Below, one piece after another: positions 38,304-45,878 of a DNA stretch of 60,657 bases. Origin of the DNA: a virus (taxonomy: Duplodnaviria; Caudoviricetes). Every line of letters starts with the position of its first letter. The first letter of the stretch is position 1. The DNA lies in the IMG/VR virus record IMGVR_UViG_3300012201_000001, positions 1 through 60,657 of that record; one strand, written 5' to 3'. Below the pieces are notes generated by a model. That model had not been told where the DNA came from. It did not search any database and worked only from the letters and a program-made list of their open reading frames with translations. The translations under genes were made by a program, and so were the position numbers.

Positions 38304-38876
38304 TCACCGCGCGAAGTAGTAGTCGAGCACGACCTCGTCCACGAACCTCCAGCGAACCCCTGCGCTCAGCCAGCGCTCGATCAGCAGCCAGTCCAGCGCG
38401 TAGGTCCCGCCCTCCCACTGCGCGACGTCGAACAGTTCCCGCCGCGCCAGCAGCGTCGACCCGTCGACGTGGCTGACCTGCGGCGGGTCCAGGACCTCCA
38501 GCTCGCGGCCGTCCTGCGGGTAGTTGAGCCGACCGTAGGCGAACCCCGCCTCCGGGCTCGCGTCGAGCGCGGCTACCAGGACCTCCAGCGCCCGCGGTCG
38601 GTAGGCGTTGTCGTCGTCCAGGAAAGCGAGCAGTTCCCCGCCCGCCACGGCCACCCCGTGGTTGCGCGGCGCAGCCCCCAGCTTGCCCTCGTGCTCCGGC
38701 AGCGCCGTCACGAACAGGCGCTCACCGCTCAGCCGAGGGTCCCCCGCGAGCTCCGGGTCCGGACCGTCGCTGATGATCAGGTGCTCCCAGTCCTCGTAGG
38801 TCTGCGCGCGCACGCTCGGGACGCAGCGCTCGATCAGCAGCTCGCGGCGCTGCCAGGTCGCCGTGATCACGCTCAC
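38304..38876 (-). CDS. Glycosyltransferase family 2
   Basis: 'SVITATWQR', 'SVRAQT', 'IISDG', 'RNHG', 'FLDDD'. Confidence 0.88.
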   Translation of the reverse strand: MSVITATWQRRELLIERCVPSVRAQTYEDWEHLIISDGPDPELAGDPRLSGERLFVTALPEHEGKLGAAPRNHGVAVAGGELLAFLDDDNAYRPRALEVLVAALDASPEAGFAYGRLNYPQDGRELEVLDPPQVSHVDGSTLLARRELFDVAQWEGGTYALDWLLIERWLSAGVRWRFVDEVVLDYYFAR

Positions 38877-39889
38877 CCGCGGCAGAGCTCGACCACCCTT
38901 CGCGCCGCGCTGACGCAGCTCGCGATCTTCCCCGGCAGGACGTGGAGGTCCTTGCCCCGCAGCGCGACCAGGGCCGGGCGGGCGTCCGTCGCCTCGGCGT
39001 CCGGCAGGACCGCGCGCACGGTGAGCATCGACTCCACGTCGTGGACCTGGCGCAGCTCGGGGACGTAGCGGGAGGCAGCGTTCAGGATCTCCTGCCAGCG
39101 CCAGCCGATGCGAAACGGCCCGGCGTCGATGATCTCACCCGCGCCGGGCGGGATCAGGGGCTCGAGGCCGACGTTGCGCGAGAGGACGCTGCGCTCCACG
39201 TCGTAGATCATGTGCCGCCCGTCCGGCAGCGGGTCCACCGAGCAGAAGGGGCCGTCGAGGACGACCAGGCTGAACGCCCGCAGGTGCGTCGGCAGGCGGG
39301 CGAGGAGGACCTCGACCACCTCCCACTGCAGCGGCTCGGGCCAGCCCCGCCCGTAGGTCGCGTGGACCACCCGGTCGTAGCGCGCCAGCTCGCGCTCGGA
39401 GACGGTCACCTCCTGCACCACCTCGACGCCGCAGATCGCCAGCTCCCTCCACAGCAGGCCGCGCAGCCGGTCGACGTCGACGAAGGTCTCGTCGGTCGTC
39501 AGCAGCAGCAGGTCGAGCGGGTGCGCGCTCTCCATCAGCGTGTTCACGGGCCGCCAGCCGGTCAGCCCGGCCTCGGCGAGGAAGGATCGGTAGCGTTCCG
39601 GGGTCGTTCGCGAGCCGGTTACGGCGACGCCGTAGTGGTGGTGCGCGTCGCGCACGATGGCGTCCGCGAAGCGGGCCTCGAACATCGCCGCGTTGTCCTT
39701 GCACTCGGCCGCGGTCTCCGGGCTTCGAGGGTAGTGATAGCCGCGGTGGATCCGGCCCTGGTTGGCGCGCGTCGCCCCCAGCAGGAGCTCCCGCCGTCGC
39801 TCGTACAGAGTGACCTGGTGACCGTCCCGCGCCAGGTCCGCCGCCGAGACGCAGCCGTAGACCCCGCCGCCGACGACCGCCACCCTCAC
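38873..39889 (-). CDS. FAD-dependent oxidoreductase (DAO-like)
   Basis: 'VAVVGGGVYG', 'NQGRIHRGYHYPRS', 'DGPF'. Confidence 0.85.
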   Translation of the reverse strand: MRVAVVGGGVYGCVSAADLARDGHQVTLYERRRELLLGATRANQGRIHRGYHYPRSPETAAECKDNAAMFEARFADAIVRDAHHHYGVAVTGSRTTPERYRSFLAEAGLTGWRPVNTLMESAHPLDLLLLTTDETFVDVDRLRGLLWRELAICGVEVVQEVTVSERELARYDRVVHATYGRGWPEPLQWEVVEVLLARLPTHLRAFSLVVLDGPFCSVDPLPDGRHMIYDVERSVLSRNVGLEPLIPPGAGEIIDAGPFRIGWRWQEILNAASRYVPELRQVHDVESMLTVRAVLPDAEATDARPALVALRGKDLHVLPGKIASCVSAARRVVELCRG

Positions 39890-40010
39890 GAGCGACCCGC
39901 CAGGAGCGCCAGGAACGACCGTACGGCCCGCCACCAGCCCTCCCGGGCTGCCGCTCCCCTGAGCTCCCTCCACGCCACCCTGATCGTCCTGGAGCGCAGG
40001 AGGAGCGCGC

Positions 40011-40220
40011 TCAGAGGATGTCGCCGAACCCGCGCTTGATCTTGGTCAGGTCGGACTCGTCGGCGAGGGGGCGCACGCCGCCGATCACGGTCCCGCCGAC
40101 GTCGATCAGGTGACCCGTGCGGCTGCGGAGGGTCGTGATGAACGACGTGAAGTCGGCCGCGACCAAGGCGTCCTCCGCCGCGGTCGAGTTCTTGATCTTG
40201 ATGTGGATCTCCAGCGGCAT
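40011..40220 (-). CDS. Small hypothetical protein, paralogue of 37468-37677
   Basis: Aligns with the 37468-37677 product. Confidence 0.65.
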   Translation of the reverse strand: MPLEIHIKIKNSTAAEDALVAADFTSFITTLRSRTGHLIDVGGTVIGGVRPLADESDLTKIKRGFGDIL

Positions 40221-40229
40221 GGCGGAAGT

Positions 40230-40802
40230 CTATCCCTGGAGCATCAGCCTCGGGTCGCTGTAGACCGCGAGCGTGTCTACCAGGTGGCTCATCTTCAGCG
40301 GCCACTCGTCGAGCGCGGGCTTGATCCCCGGGCAGGTCTCCTCGTCGTAGTCGTGGAACGCGATCACGCCCCCGAACGGGACCACCAGCTCCATCGCCCA
40401 GTCGCGGTCGTGGCGGACGTCCGCGAGCTCGTGCCCGCCGTCCACGAAGACCAGCCCGAAGTAGCGGTGCGGGACCGCGGGCCCGCCGCCGTTCTCGCGC
40501 AGCTCCGCCGCCCCCTGCGACGTCCCGACGCAGACCTTGACCCGGCCCTTGAGGCCGAAGCGCTCGACGTTCGCGCAGAAGGCCGCCAGCGAGTCGTGTC
40601 CCGTGTGGGGGTCGACCGACCAAACGTCCTCCGCGCCCGCCAGGCCCATGATCACCGTGCTGTAGCCGAACGCGCTCCCGATCTCCAGCACCCGGCGGCC
40701 CTTCGCCAGCAGCGCCAGCTCCGCCGCCTCGGCCGCGGTTAGCGAGGTGAAGATCGGCGGCAAGCCGGGCTCCACCTCAACGTCGCGCCAGGTGAGCCTC
40801 AC
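40230..40802 (-). CDS. Class I SAM methyltransferase (Methyltransf_24-like)
   Basis: 'VLEIGSAFGYST', 'FVDGGH', 'GGVIAFHDY'. Confidence 0.85.
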   Translation of the reverse strand: MRLTWRDVEVEPGLPPIFTSLTAAEAAELALLAKGRRVLEIGSAFGYSTVIMGLAGAEDVWSVDPHTGHDSLAAFCANVERFGLKGRVKVCVGTSQGAAELRENGGGPAVPHRYFGLVFVDGGHELADVRHDRDWAMELVVPFGGVIAFHDYDEETCPGIKPALDEWPLKMSHLVDTLAVYSDPRLMLQG

Positions 40803-42379
40803 TCAGGCGCGACCGGGTCCGGCAGCACGCGCAGCCCCGCCTCCGCCGCCCGCTCCCGCGCCGCCTGGCCCTGCGCCCTGCGCAGCCTCTCCTCGAAGCG
40901 CAGCTTGTCCGTCTCCGCGTGCCTCTGCCCGAGCTGGTAGACCTCGTCGTCCTCGCCCTTCTTGAAGATCGGGTGCATGTGCTCGACCAGGGAGCCGAGC
41001 GCCATCGCGAAGGCTCCCCGCATCCGCGCCGCGGTCACGATCTCGTCGTCCACGAACCAGTGCCGGTAGGTCTCGTGGCAGACCACGCCCGGACCGTCCC
41101 ACGACGCCCCCACCGCGTCCACGTACTCGCGCCGGATCAGCAGGTGGGTCGCGTGCTCGCCCCGCATCACGCGCGGGTTGGAAAGGTCGTTGGTCCCGAT
41201 CACCAGGTGGCGCTCGGTCGCCGTCCCCACCGCGTGGTCGAGCCAGCCCGCGTGGAAGCGGACGTCGTCGCCGACGATGAAGATCCACGGCTCCCTGGTC
41301 TGCCGGAACCCGTCGTTGACCTTCTCGCTGAAGCGGCCGGGCCGGAAGCGACCGTCGGGGTCCTCGCGCGGGACGGGGTGGAGGACCGTCGCCCCCGCCT
41401 CCCGCCAGGCCTTGATCGTCTCCTCGTCGTCGCGGTCCGCGATCGCGTAGCAGGTCGCCAGCCCGGTCGAGGCGCGCAGCGAGTCCATGAAGGGCGCCGC
41501 GTTCCCCGGCCGGCGCATCACCGGGACCAGGACCGCCACCCGCTCCGTCGCCGGGGGCGGCACCGCCTGCCGCCAGAAGTCCGGCTCCGCCAGCCAGAGC
41601 GACTTGTGGTGCGTCGAGCGCGCGCCCGTGAACACGTGGACGGGGATCCCCAGCGACCCCGCGCGGAGGCAGAACGAGAGGTCCTCGCTGATGAGCTGGC
41701 CCTTCTGGGTCGGGTTGGGCGCGCGGTCGTACCAGGCGGCCCCGAACTTCTCGTTGATGCGCTCGAACACGCCCCGGTGGACCACGATCAGCGCGCTCCC
41801 CGTCCCCGCGCAGCGCGTCAGCCCGTTGACCGGGTAGCTCGCGCGGGCGTGGAACCCGGTCGGGCCCGCCTGCTCCTCGCCGTTCTTGGCCCCGTCGACC
41901 CAGTCGAAGATGGTCACGCTCGGCCGCGTGCGGAACCCTCCCTGGCCGTCCGGCTGGACCTCGCGCTGGGCGAAGCAGAGGCCGCCCACGATCGGTCGCT
42001 CCTCGGCGTCCGCGAACGAGAGTAGCTTCTCCAGCGTGTCCGGCTCGAAGCCCATGTCCGTGTCCGTCCAGAACAGCCAGGGCGCGCCCTCGGGCTCCTC
42101 CAGGAACCACTCCACGACCTTGTTGCGGGCGGCGATCAGCCCGTCCGTCCCGGCGCGCATCGCGATGTAGCCGCCGTTCAGGATCCGCTGGTGCCGCGAG
42201 AGGTCGAGCGCGAACAGCTGCATGACCGACTCGTGCCAGGAGTAGCTGACCGAGACGTCGTGGACGAAGGCGAGCTTGACCGCGTCCGGTCCGGAGCTGG
42301 CGGGCTTGCTCCGGCCGCTACTCCTGCGGCGCGCGGCGCGCGACACGCTTCTCGCCTGGGTCCGCGCTCGCGGTCTCAA
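40799..42379 (-). CDS. Tandem two-domain GT-A glycosyltransferase
   Basis: Domain 1 'ARNKVV...WTDTD...SEDLSFC'; domain 2 'VLVPVMRR...VGDD...WFVDDE...EHMHP'; start uncertain. Confidence 0.8.
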   Translation of the reverse strand: MRPRARTQARSVSRAARRRSSGRSKPASSGPDAVKLAFVHDVSVSYSWHESVMQLFALDLSRHQRILNGGYIAMRAGTDGLIAARNKVVEWFLEEPEGAPWLFWTDTDMGFEPDTLEKLLSFADAEERPIVGGLCFAQREVQPDGQGGFRTRPSVTIFDWVDGAKNGEEQAGPTGFHARASYPVNGLTRCAGTGSALIVVHRGVFERINEKFGAAWYDRAPNPTQKGQLISEDLSFCLRAGSLGIPVHVFTGARSTHHKSLWLAEPDFWRQAVPPPATERVAVLVPVMRRPGNAAPFMDSLRASTGLATCYAIADRDDEETIKAWREAGATVLHPVPREDPDGRFRPGRFSEKVNDGFRQTREPWIFIVGDDVRFHAGWLDHAVGTATERHLVIGTNDLSNPRVMRGEHATHLLIRREYVDAVGASWDGPGVVCHETYRHWFVDDEIVTAARMRGAFAMALGSLVEHMHPIFKKGEDDEVYQLGQRHAETDKLRFEERLRRAQGQAARERAAEAGLRVLPDPVAPE

Positions 42380-42563
42380 GGGCGCGGTTGGAGACCGGCC
42401 CGTTGTTGCGCTGGAACGGCGTCGGGTCGTCCGTGAACATGCTCGGGTAGAGCCTCACGACCGGGTCCTCGGCGTCGACCGTCTCCCCGAAGCTGATCGC
42501 CCGCGGCTGACCGTCGATCGCCACGTACGCGTTCTGCTTGCTGTAGACGACCTTCCCGCTCAC
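42318..42563 (-). CDS. Small head-associated hypothetical protein
   Basis: 'DPVVRLYPSMF...ETASADPGEKR', typical of genes following capsid genes. Confidence 0.65.
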   Translation of the reverse strand: MSGKVVYSKQNAYVAIDGQPRAISFGETVDAEDPVVRLYPSMFTDDPTPFQRNNGPVSNRALETASADPGEKRVARRAPQE

Positions 42564-42745
42564 GACGCGTACCCCAGCTCGACCAGCGCCGCGTCGATCT
42601 CCGCCAGCTTCTCCTTGTCCTCGTTGGAGGTCGCCGCCTGACGGTCCGCGAGCAGCGCGTGGACCGCAGCGTCCGAGCTCGCGGCAGCGGCCACCAAGTC
42701 CGCCGACCTCGCTTTCTTGCTCGCGGTCTTCTTCTCTTCAGGCAT
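42560..42745 (-). CDS. Small hypothetical protein
   Basis: MPEEKK... with AGGAGG RBS. Confidence 0.6.
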   Translation of the reverse strand: MPEEKKTASKKARSADLVAAAASSDAAVHALLADRQAATSNEDKEKLAEIDAALVELGYAS

Positions 42746-42860
42746 CTCTCTGCGCCTCCTGTTAGTCGGGTTCTCCGAGGGTGAAGTGTAAGGGGCTGGC
42801 GCTCCATCCGCCAGCCGGGGCTGGACCACCCTCCGACCTAGGGTTTAGAATCCGGCCCCC

Positions 42861-42877
42861 GAGGAGAGCAGACCTCC
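42861..42877. repeat. Left 17-bp inverted repeat of the RAMP cassette
   Basis: GAGGAGAGCAGACCTCC; 16/17 match to the reverse complement of 44343-44359. Confidence 0.7.
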
Positions 42878-42937
42878 CCGAGCGCCGGACTTCTAGTCTA
42901 TGCGCAACCTGCTCCCCCGTTCACGAGGAGGGCAGAG

Positions 42938-43651
42938 ATGCCAAGCAAGACCGTCGACAAGACCTCGGCCAACGGAGCCTCCAGGACGGCGCAGCTCGCT
43001 GAGGTCGAGACCATCGTCCTTCCCCGGCTCGCGCGGGTCACGCTGAGCATCACCGTCATGGGCACCCGCCCGCTCATCGTCCACCGCTTCAGCGAGAAGG
43101 CTCGCAAGAGCATCGTCGACCCCCCCGCGCGGGGGGCGGTCCGGGAGAAGCGCGATCAGGCGTTCCAGCGGCGCGAGTTCGAGGCTTCGATGTACCGCTT
43201 CAAGGACGGAGGCCACGGATTCCCCGCCGTCGCCTTCAAGGCCGCGATCGTCAACGCCGCCGAGGCGTTCCCCAAGCTTCACATGACCACGCTCAAGAAG
43301 TGGATCTACGTCAGCGGCGAGACGATCGACGGCAGCGCGGACCTGGTCCGCCTGCGCGGGCCGGAGCCGAAGCAACGCGAGGACTACGTCCGCCTCAAGA
43401 GCGGGATGAAGACGACCACCGATGTTCACTGGCGCGCCGAGTACTGGCCCTGGAAGACCGACCTCGTCGTGACCTATCCCGGCATGATGTTCCCCAAGGA
43501 GAGCATCCTCGCCCTGGTCGACGCGGCCGGGTTCGGCGGGGTCGGCGAGTGGAGGCCGAGCTCACCCGAATCGAAGACCGGCAGCTACGGCACCTTCGAG
43601 GTCTCCGAGGATTTTGAGGGCGCCCTGAACAAGCGGGGTCGCGGGCGGTGA
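42938..43651 (+). CDS. Stand-alone RAMP/Cas7-like protein (Vipr-like)
   Basis: First strand 'ITVMGTRPLIVH', 'GFPAVAFKAAI' helix, 'RAEY..W' strand, C-terminal Gly-rich loop 'GFGGVGEWRP...GSYGTFEV'. Confidence 0.75.
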   Translation: MPSKTVDKTSANGASRTAQLAEVETIVLPRLARVTLSITVMGTRPLIVHRFSEKARKSIVDPPARGAVREKRDQAFQRREFEASMYRFKDGGHGFPAVAFKAAIVNAAEAFPKLHMTTLKKWIYVSGETIDGSADLVRLRGPEPKQREDYVRLKSGMKTTTDVHWRAEYWPWKTDLVVTYPGMMFPKESILALVDAAGFGGVGEWRPSSPESKTGSYGTFEVSEDFEGALNKRGRGR

Positions 43652-44091
43652 GCACCAAGCTCTCCAAGCGCGCTCAGACCGAGATCCTCACCATCGTCGA
43701 GAGCAAGGGCGACGTTAGCCCCGAGGACGTGCTGGAGCGGGCGCGCAGCCCGCGTTCAGCCCTCCACGGCCTGATCGAGTGGGACGTTCGCAAGGCAGGC
43801 CTCGCCTATCAGCTGGAGCAGGCCCGCGACCTCATCCGCCAGGTCCGCGTCATCTTCTACCGCGACGACCTGCCGCCGCTCGACGTGAGGGCGCTGCTCA
43901 GCGTCGAGGCCGACGGCCGACGAGTGTTCAAGAGCGTGCAGGCGATCTCCGAGGACGGCGACCTCCGCCGCCAGGTCATGCAGCAGATGAAGCTCGACGT
44001 GGAGCGCCTGGTCGCCAAATACAACACCTTCAAGGAGTTCTGGCCCCTGCTCCGGGCCACGCTCCGGCGGAAGAGGAAGCGGAGTGCCTGA
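43648..44091 (+). CDS. Partner protein of the RAMP-like gene
   Basis: GTGA overlap; 'SPEDVLERAR...SALHGLIEWD...YQLEQARDLIR'. Confidence 0.8.
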   Translation: MSTKLSKRAQTEILTIVESKGDVSPEDVLERARSPRSALHGLIEWDVRKAGLAYQLEQARDLIRQVRVIFYRDDLPPLDVRALLSVEADGRRVFKSVQAISEDGDLRRQVMQQMKLDVERLVAKYNTFKEFWPLLRATLRRKRKRSA

Positions 44092-44121
44092 AATGGGTGC
44101 CCGAAATGGGCGGGGCACTTT

Positions 44122-44338
44122 GTCATGGAGGGGCCGGGCTGGGTCGGCATTGGCCTGGCGCGGCGGAGCGAGGCGAGGCGTGGTGCGGCTTAGCTAGGCA
44201 GGCGAGGCCGGTTAGGGCCAGGAGTGACGTGGACAGATCGGGCATGGAGAGGCAGGCGCGGAATGTCCGGGCAGGCAAGGCTCGGTCAGGCGGGTCTTGG
44301 CCTGGCAAGCTCAGGCACGGTTGGTCATGGATCGGGGA
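44122..44338 (+). ncRNA. GGY-NN pentamer array, candidate guide RNA(s)
   Basis: About 41 pentamers with a G-initiated triplet (23 exact GGY) plus a variable dinucleotide; register broken only by three GGCA tetramers. Confidence 0.75.
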
Positions 44339-44372
44339 GGGAGGAGGTCTGCTCTTCTCCCTCCATTTTTTT
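44336..44372 (+). terminator. Rho-independent terminator closing the RAMP cassette
   Basis: GGAGGGAGGAG / CTTCTCCCTCC stem followed by a T7 tract. Confidence 0.8.
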
Positions 44373-44380
44373 GCTCGACG

Positions 44381-45844
44381 CTAAGTCTGATTTAGCAATC
44401 GAAATCCTTGATTGTTGATCGAGCCGCCTCCGACGCGCGCCCAGGCGAACCACCCCCTCTGTCCGGTCGGCCGGTTGTTGGTGATGTCGAACAGCGCGGG
44501 GATGAGCTCCACGTTCATGCCGCCCCTCCTCGCAACCAGATAATTTTTGAAGTCGCCGACGACGAGCTGGTTGAACGAGCCCGTGGTGTTGACCACGTCG
44601 GCCATGTACGGGTTCTCGTAGGTCGACTTGCCCATCAGGAAGTCTGCCCACGGGGCGGGCAGGTTCACGGTCGTCGCGTGGAAGACGTTGGCCGTGCCGA
44701 AGCGCCGGACGGCGTTGTTGGCGCCCACCGACATCATCCAGCTCGCCCCCCGGCGGAAGCGCTGCGGCAGCGCCTTCCAGACGTTGTAGACGTCGACCTC
44801 GCCGAACGCCCCGGCCGTGGTCAGCCGGACCTCGTCGTTGGTGTCCGCGTCCAGCGCGGTGACCAGGCCCATCGGCTCGTTCGTGCCGGAGCCGACAGCG
44901 AACTTCTGGACCAGCAGCTCGCTGTAGCCCTCGGCCAGCAGCCGCTGCATCTGGTCGGCGAAGGTCGGGTAGTCCATCCCCACCTCGATCGAGTAGGGGA
45001 TGAAGCCGCGGGCCATGAACACGGTCACCGTCGGCTGCGCGAGCGTGGGGCTCGCGTCACCGGCCGTTGCACCCTCAGCCTGGAACGTCCAGGACACCCC
45101 GGCCGAGGAGACGCCCTTCCAGGCGTTCGTGTTCACCTCCGCGACGGTGACCAGGTTCTCGTCCAGGAACGGGTTGCCCGAGCCCTGCGCGGTCAGGATG
45201 ATGCTCGGGTCGATGAAGACCGGGATCCCGTAGCCTCCGGCCGCGCTCGTGCCCTCGGACATGGCGCGGTACTCCTCGAAGGCGAGCATCGCGTCGCGCT
45301 CGTCGTCCGTCCACAGCGGCGTGGGCTGGGTGACGCCCTTCATCCAGGCGTTCCGGTAGTCCTCGTTCTCGGTCACGACCACCCGCCGCGCGATGTCCGT
45401 CGACTTGCGGATGGTCGAGGAGACCTGGACCAGCTGGTCCTCCCGCAGGTGGCCGGCGGCGACCTTGCTGTCGAGCAGGCGGAGCGCCGCGTCGCGCACC
45501 TCGCCCCTCGGCATCCGGCCCACGTCGCGGACGTCGACGCCGAGGCTCTTCTTGAGGTTCATGTACGGGCTCTCGATGGCCGCGGGCTTGTCGCGCAGCG
45601 TCTTCATGATCGAGTTGTGGCGCTCGATCCTCTTGATCGCGGCGGCGCGGATCTTGAGCATGAGGTCGACCCCGGCCTGCTCCTCGTCGGACAGGTCCCG
45701 GAGCTCCCCCTCGTCGGTCTGGATGGTCCTGCGGACCCTCGCCTCCAGAGCCTCGGCGATCTCCCTCAGCTCCTCCGGCTGGTGGCCGCGCAGCGCCTCC
45801 TCCGAGTCGGGGAGGGCGACGTCGTCCTTCTTTTCAACTGCCAC
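44381..45844 (-). CDS. Major capsid protein (HK97 fold)
   Basis: Delta-like N-terminus, 'AGGYGIP', 'AEG', 'GSGTNEPMG', 'VGDF..Y', 'RVGG'. Confidence 0.92.
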   Translation of the reverse strand: MAVEKKDDVALPDSEEALRGHQPEELREIAEALEARVRRTIQTDEGELRDLSDEEQAGVDLMLKIRAAAIKRIERHNSIMKTLRDKPAAIESPYMNLKKSLGVDVRDVGRMPRGEVRDAALRLLDSKVAAGHLREDQLVQVSSTIRKSTDIARRVVVTENEDYRNAWMKGVTQPTPLWTDDERDAMLAFEEYRAMSEGTSAAGGYGIPVFIDPSIILTAQGSGNPFLDENLVTVAEVNTNAWKGVSSAGVSWTFQAEGATAGDASPTLAQPTVTVFMARGFIPYSIEVGMDYPTFADQMQRLLAEGYSELLVQKFAVGSGTNEPMGLVTALDADTNDEVRLTTAGAFGEVDVYNVWKALPQRFRRGASWMMSVGANNAVRRFGTANVFHATTVNLPAPWADFLMGKSTYENPYMADVVNTTGSFNQLVVGDFKNYLVARRGGMNVELIPALFDITNNRPTGQRGWFAWARVGGGSINNQGFRLLNQT

Positions 45845-45878
45845 TGGCGTGCTCCTGTTTGGTTTTGGTTTTGTGCTG

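Noticed and set aside
44122-44338. Canonical CRISPR array, or protein-coding ORFs (43779-44384, 44123-44308, 44224-44418)
   Set aside because: There are no 25-45-nt repeats with spacers, a 5-nt period does not fit codon structure, and the translations are low-complexity G/R/A.
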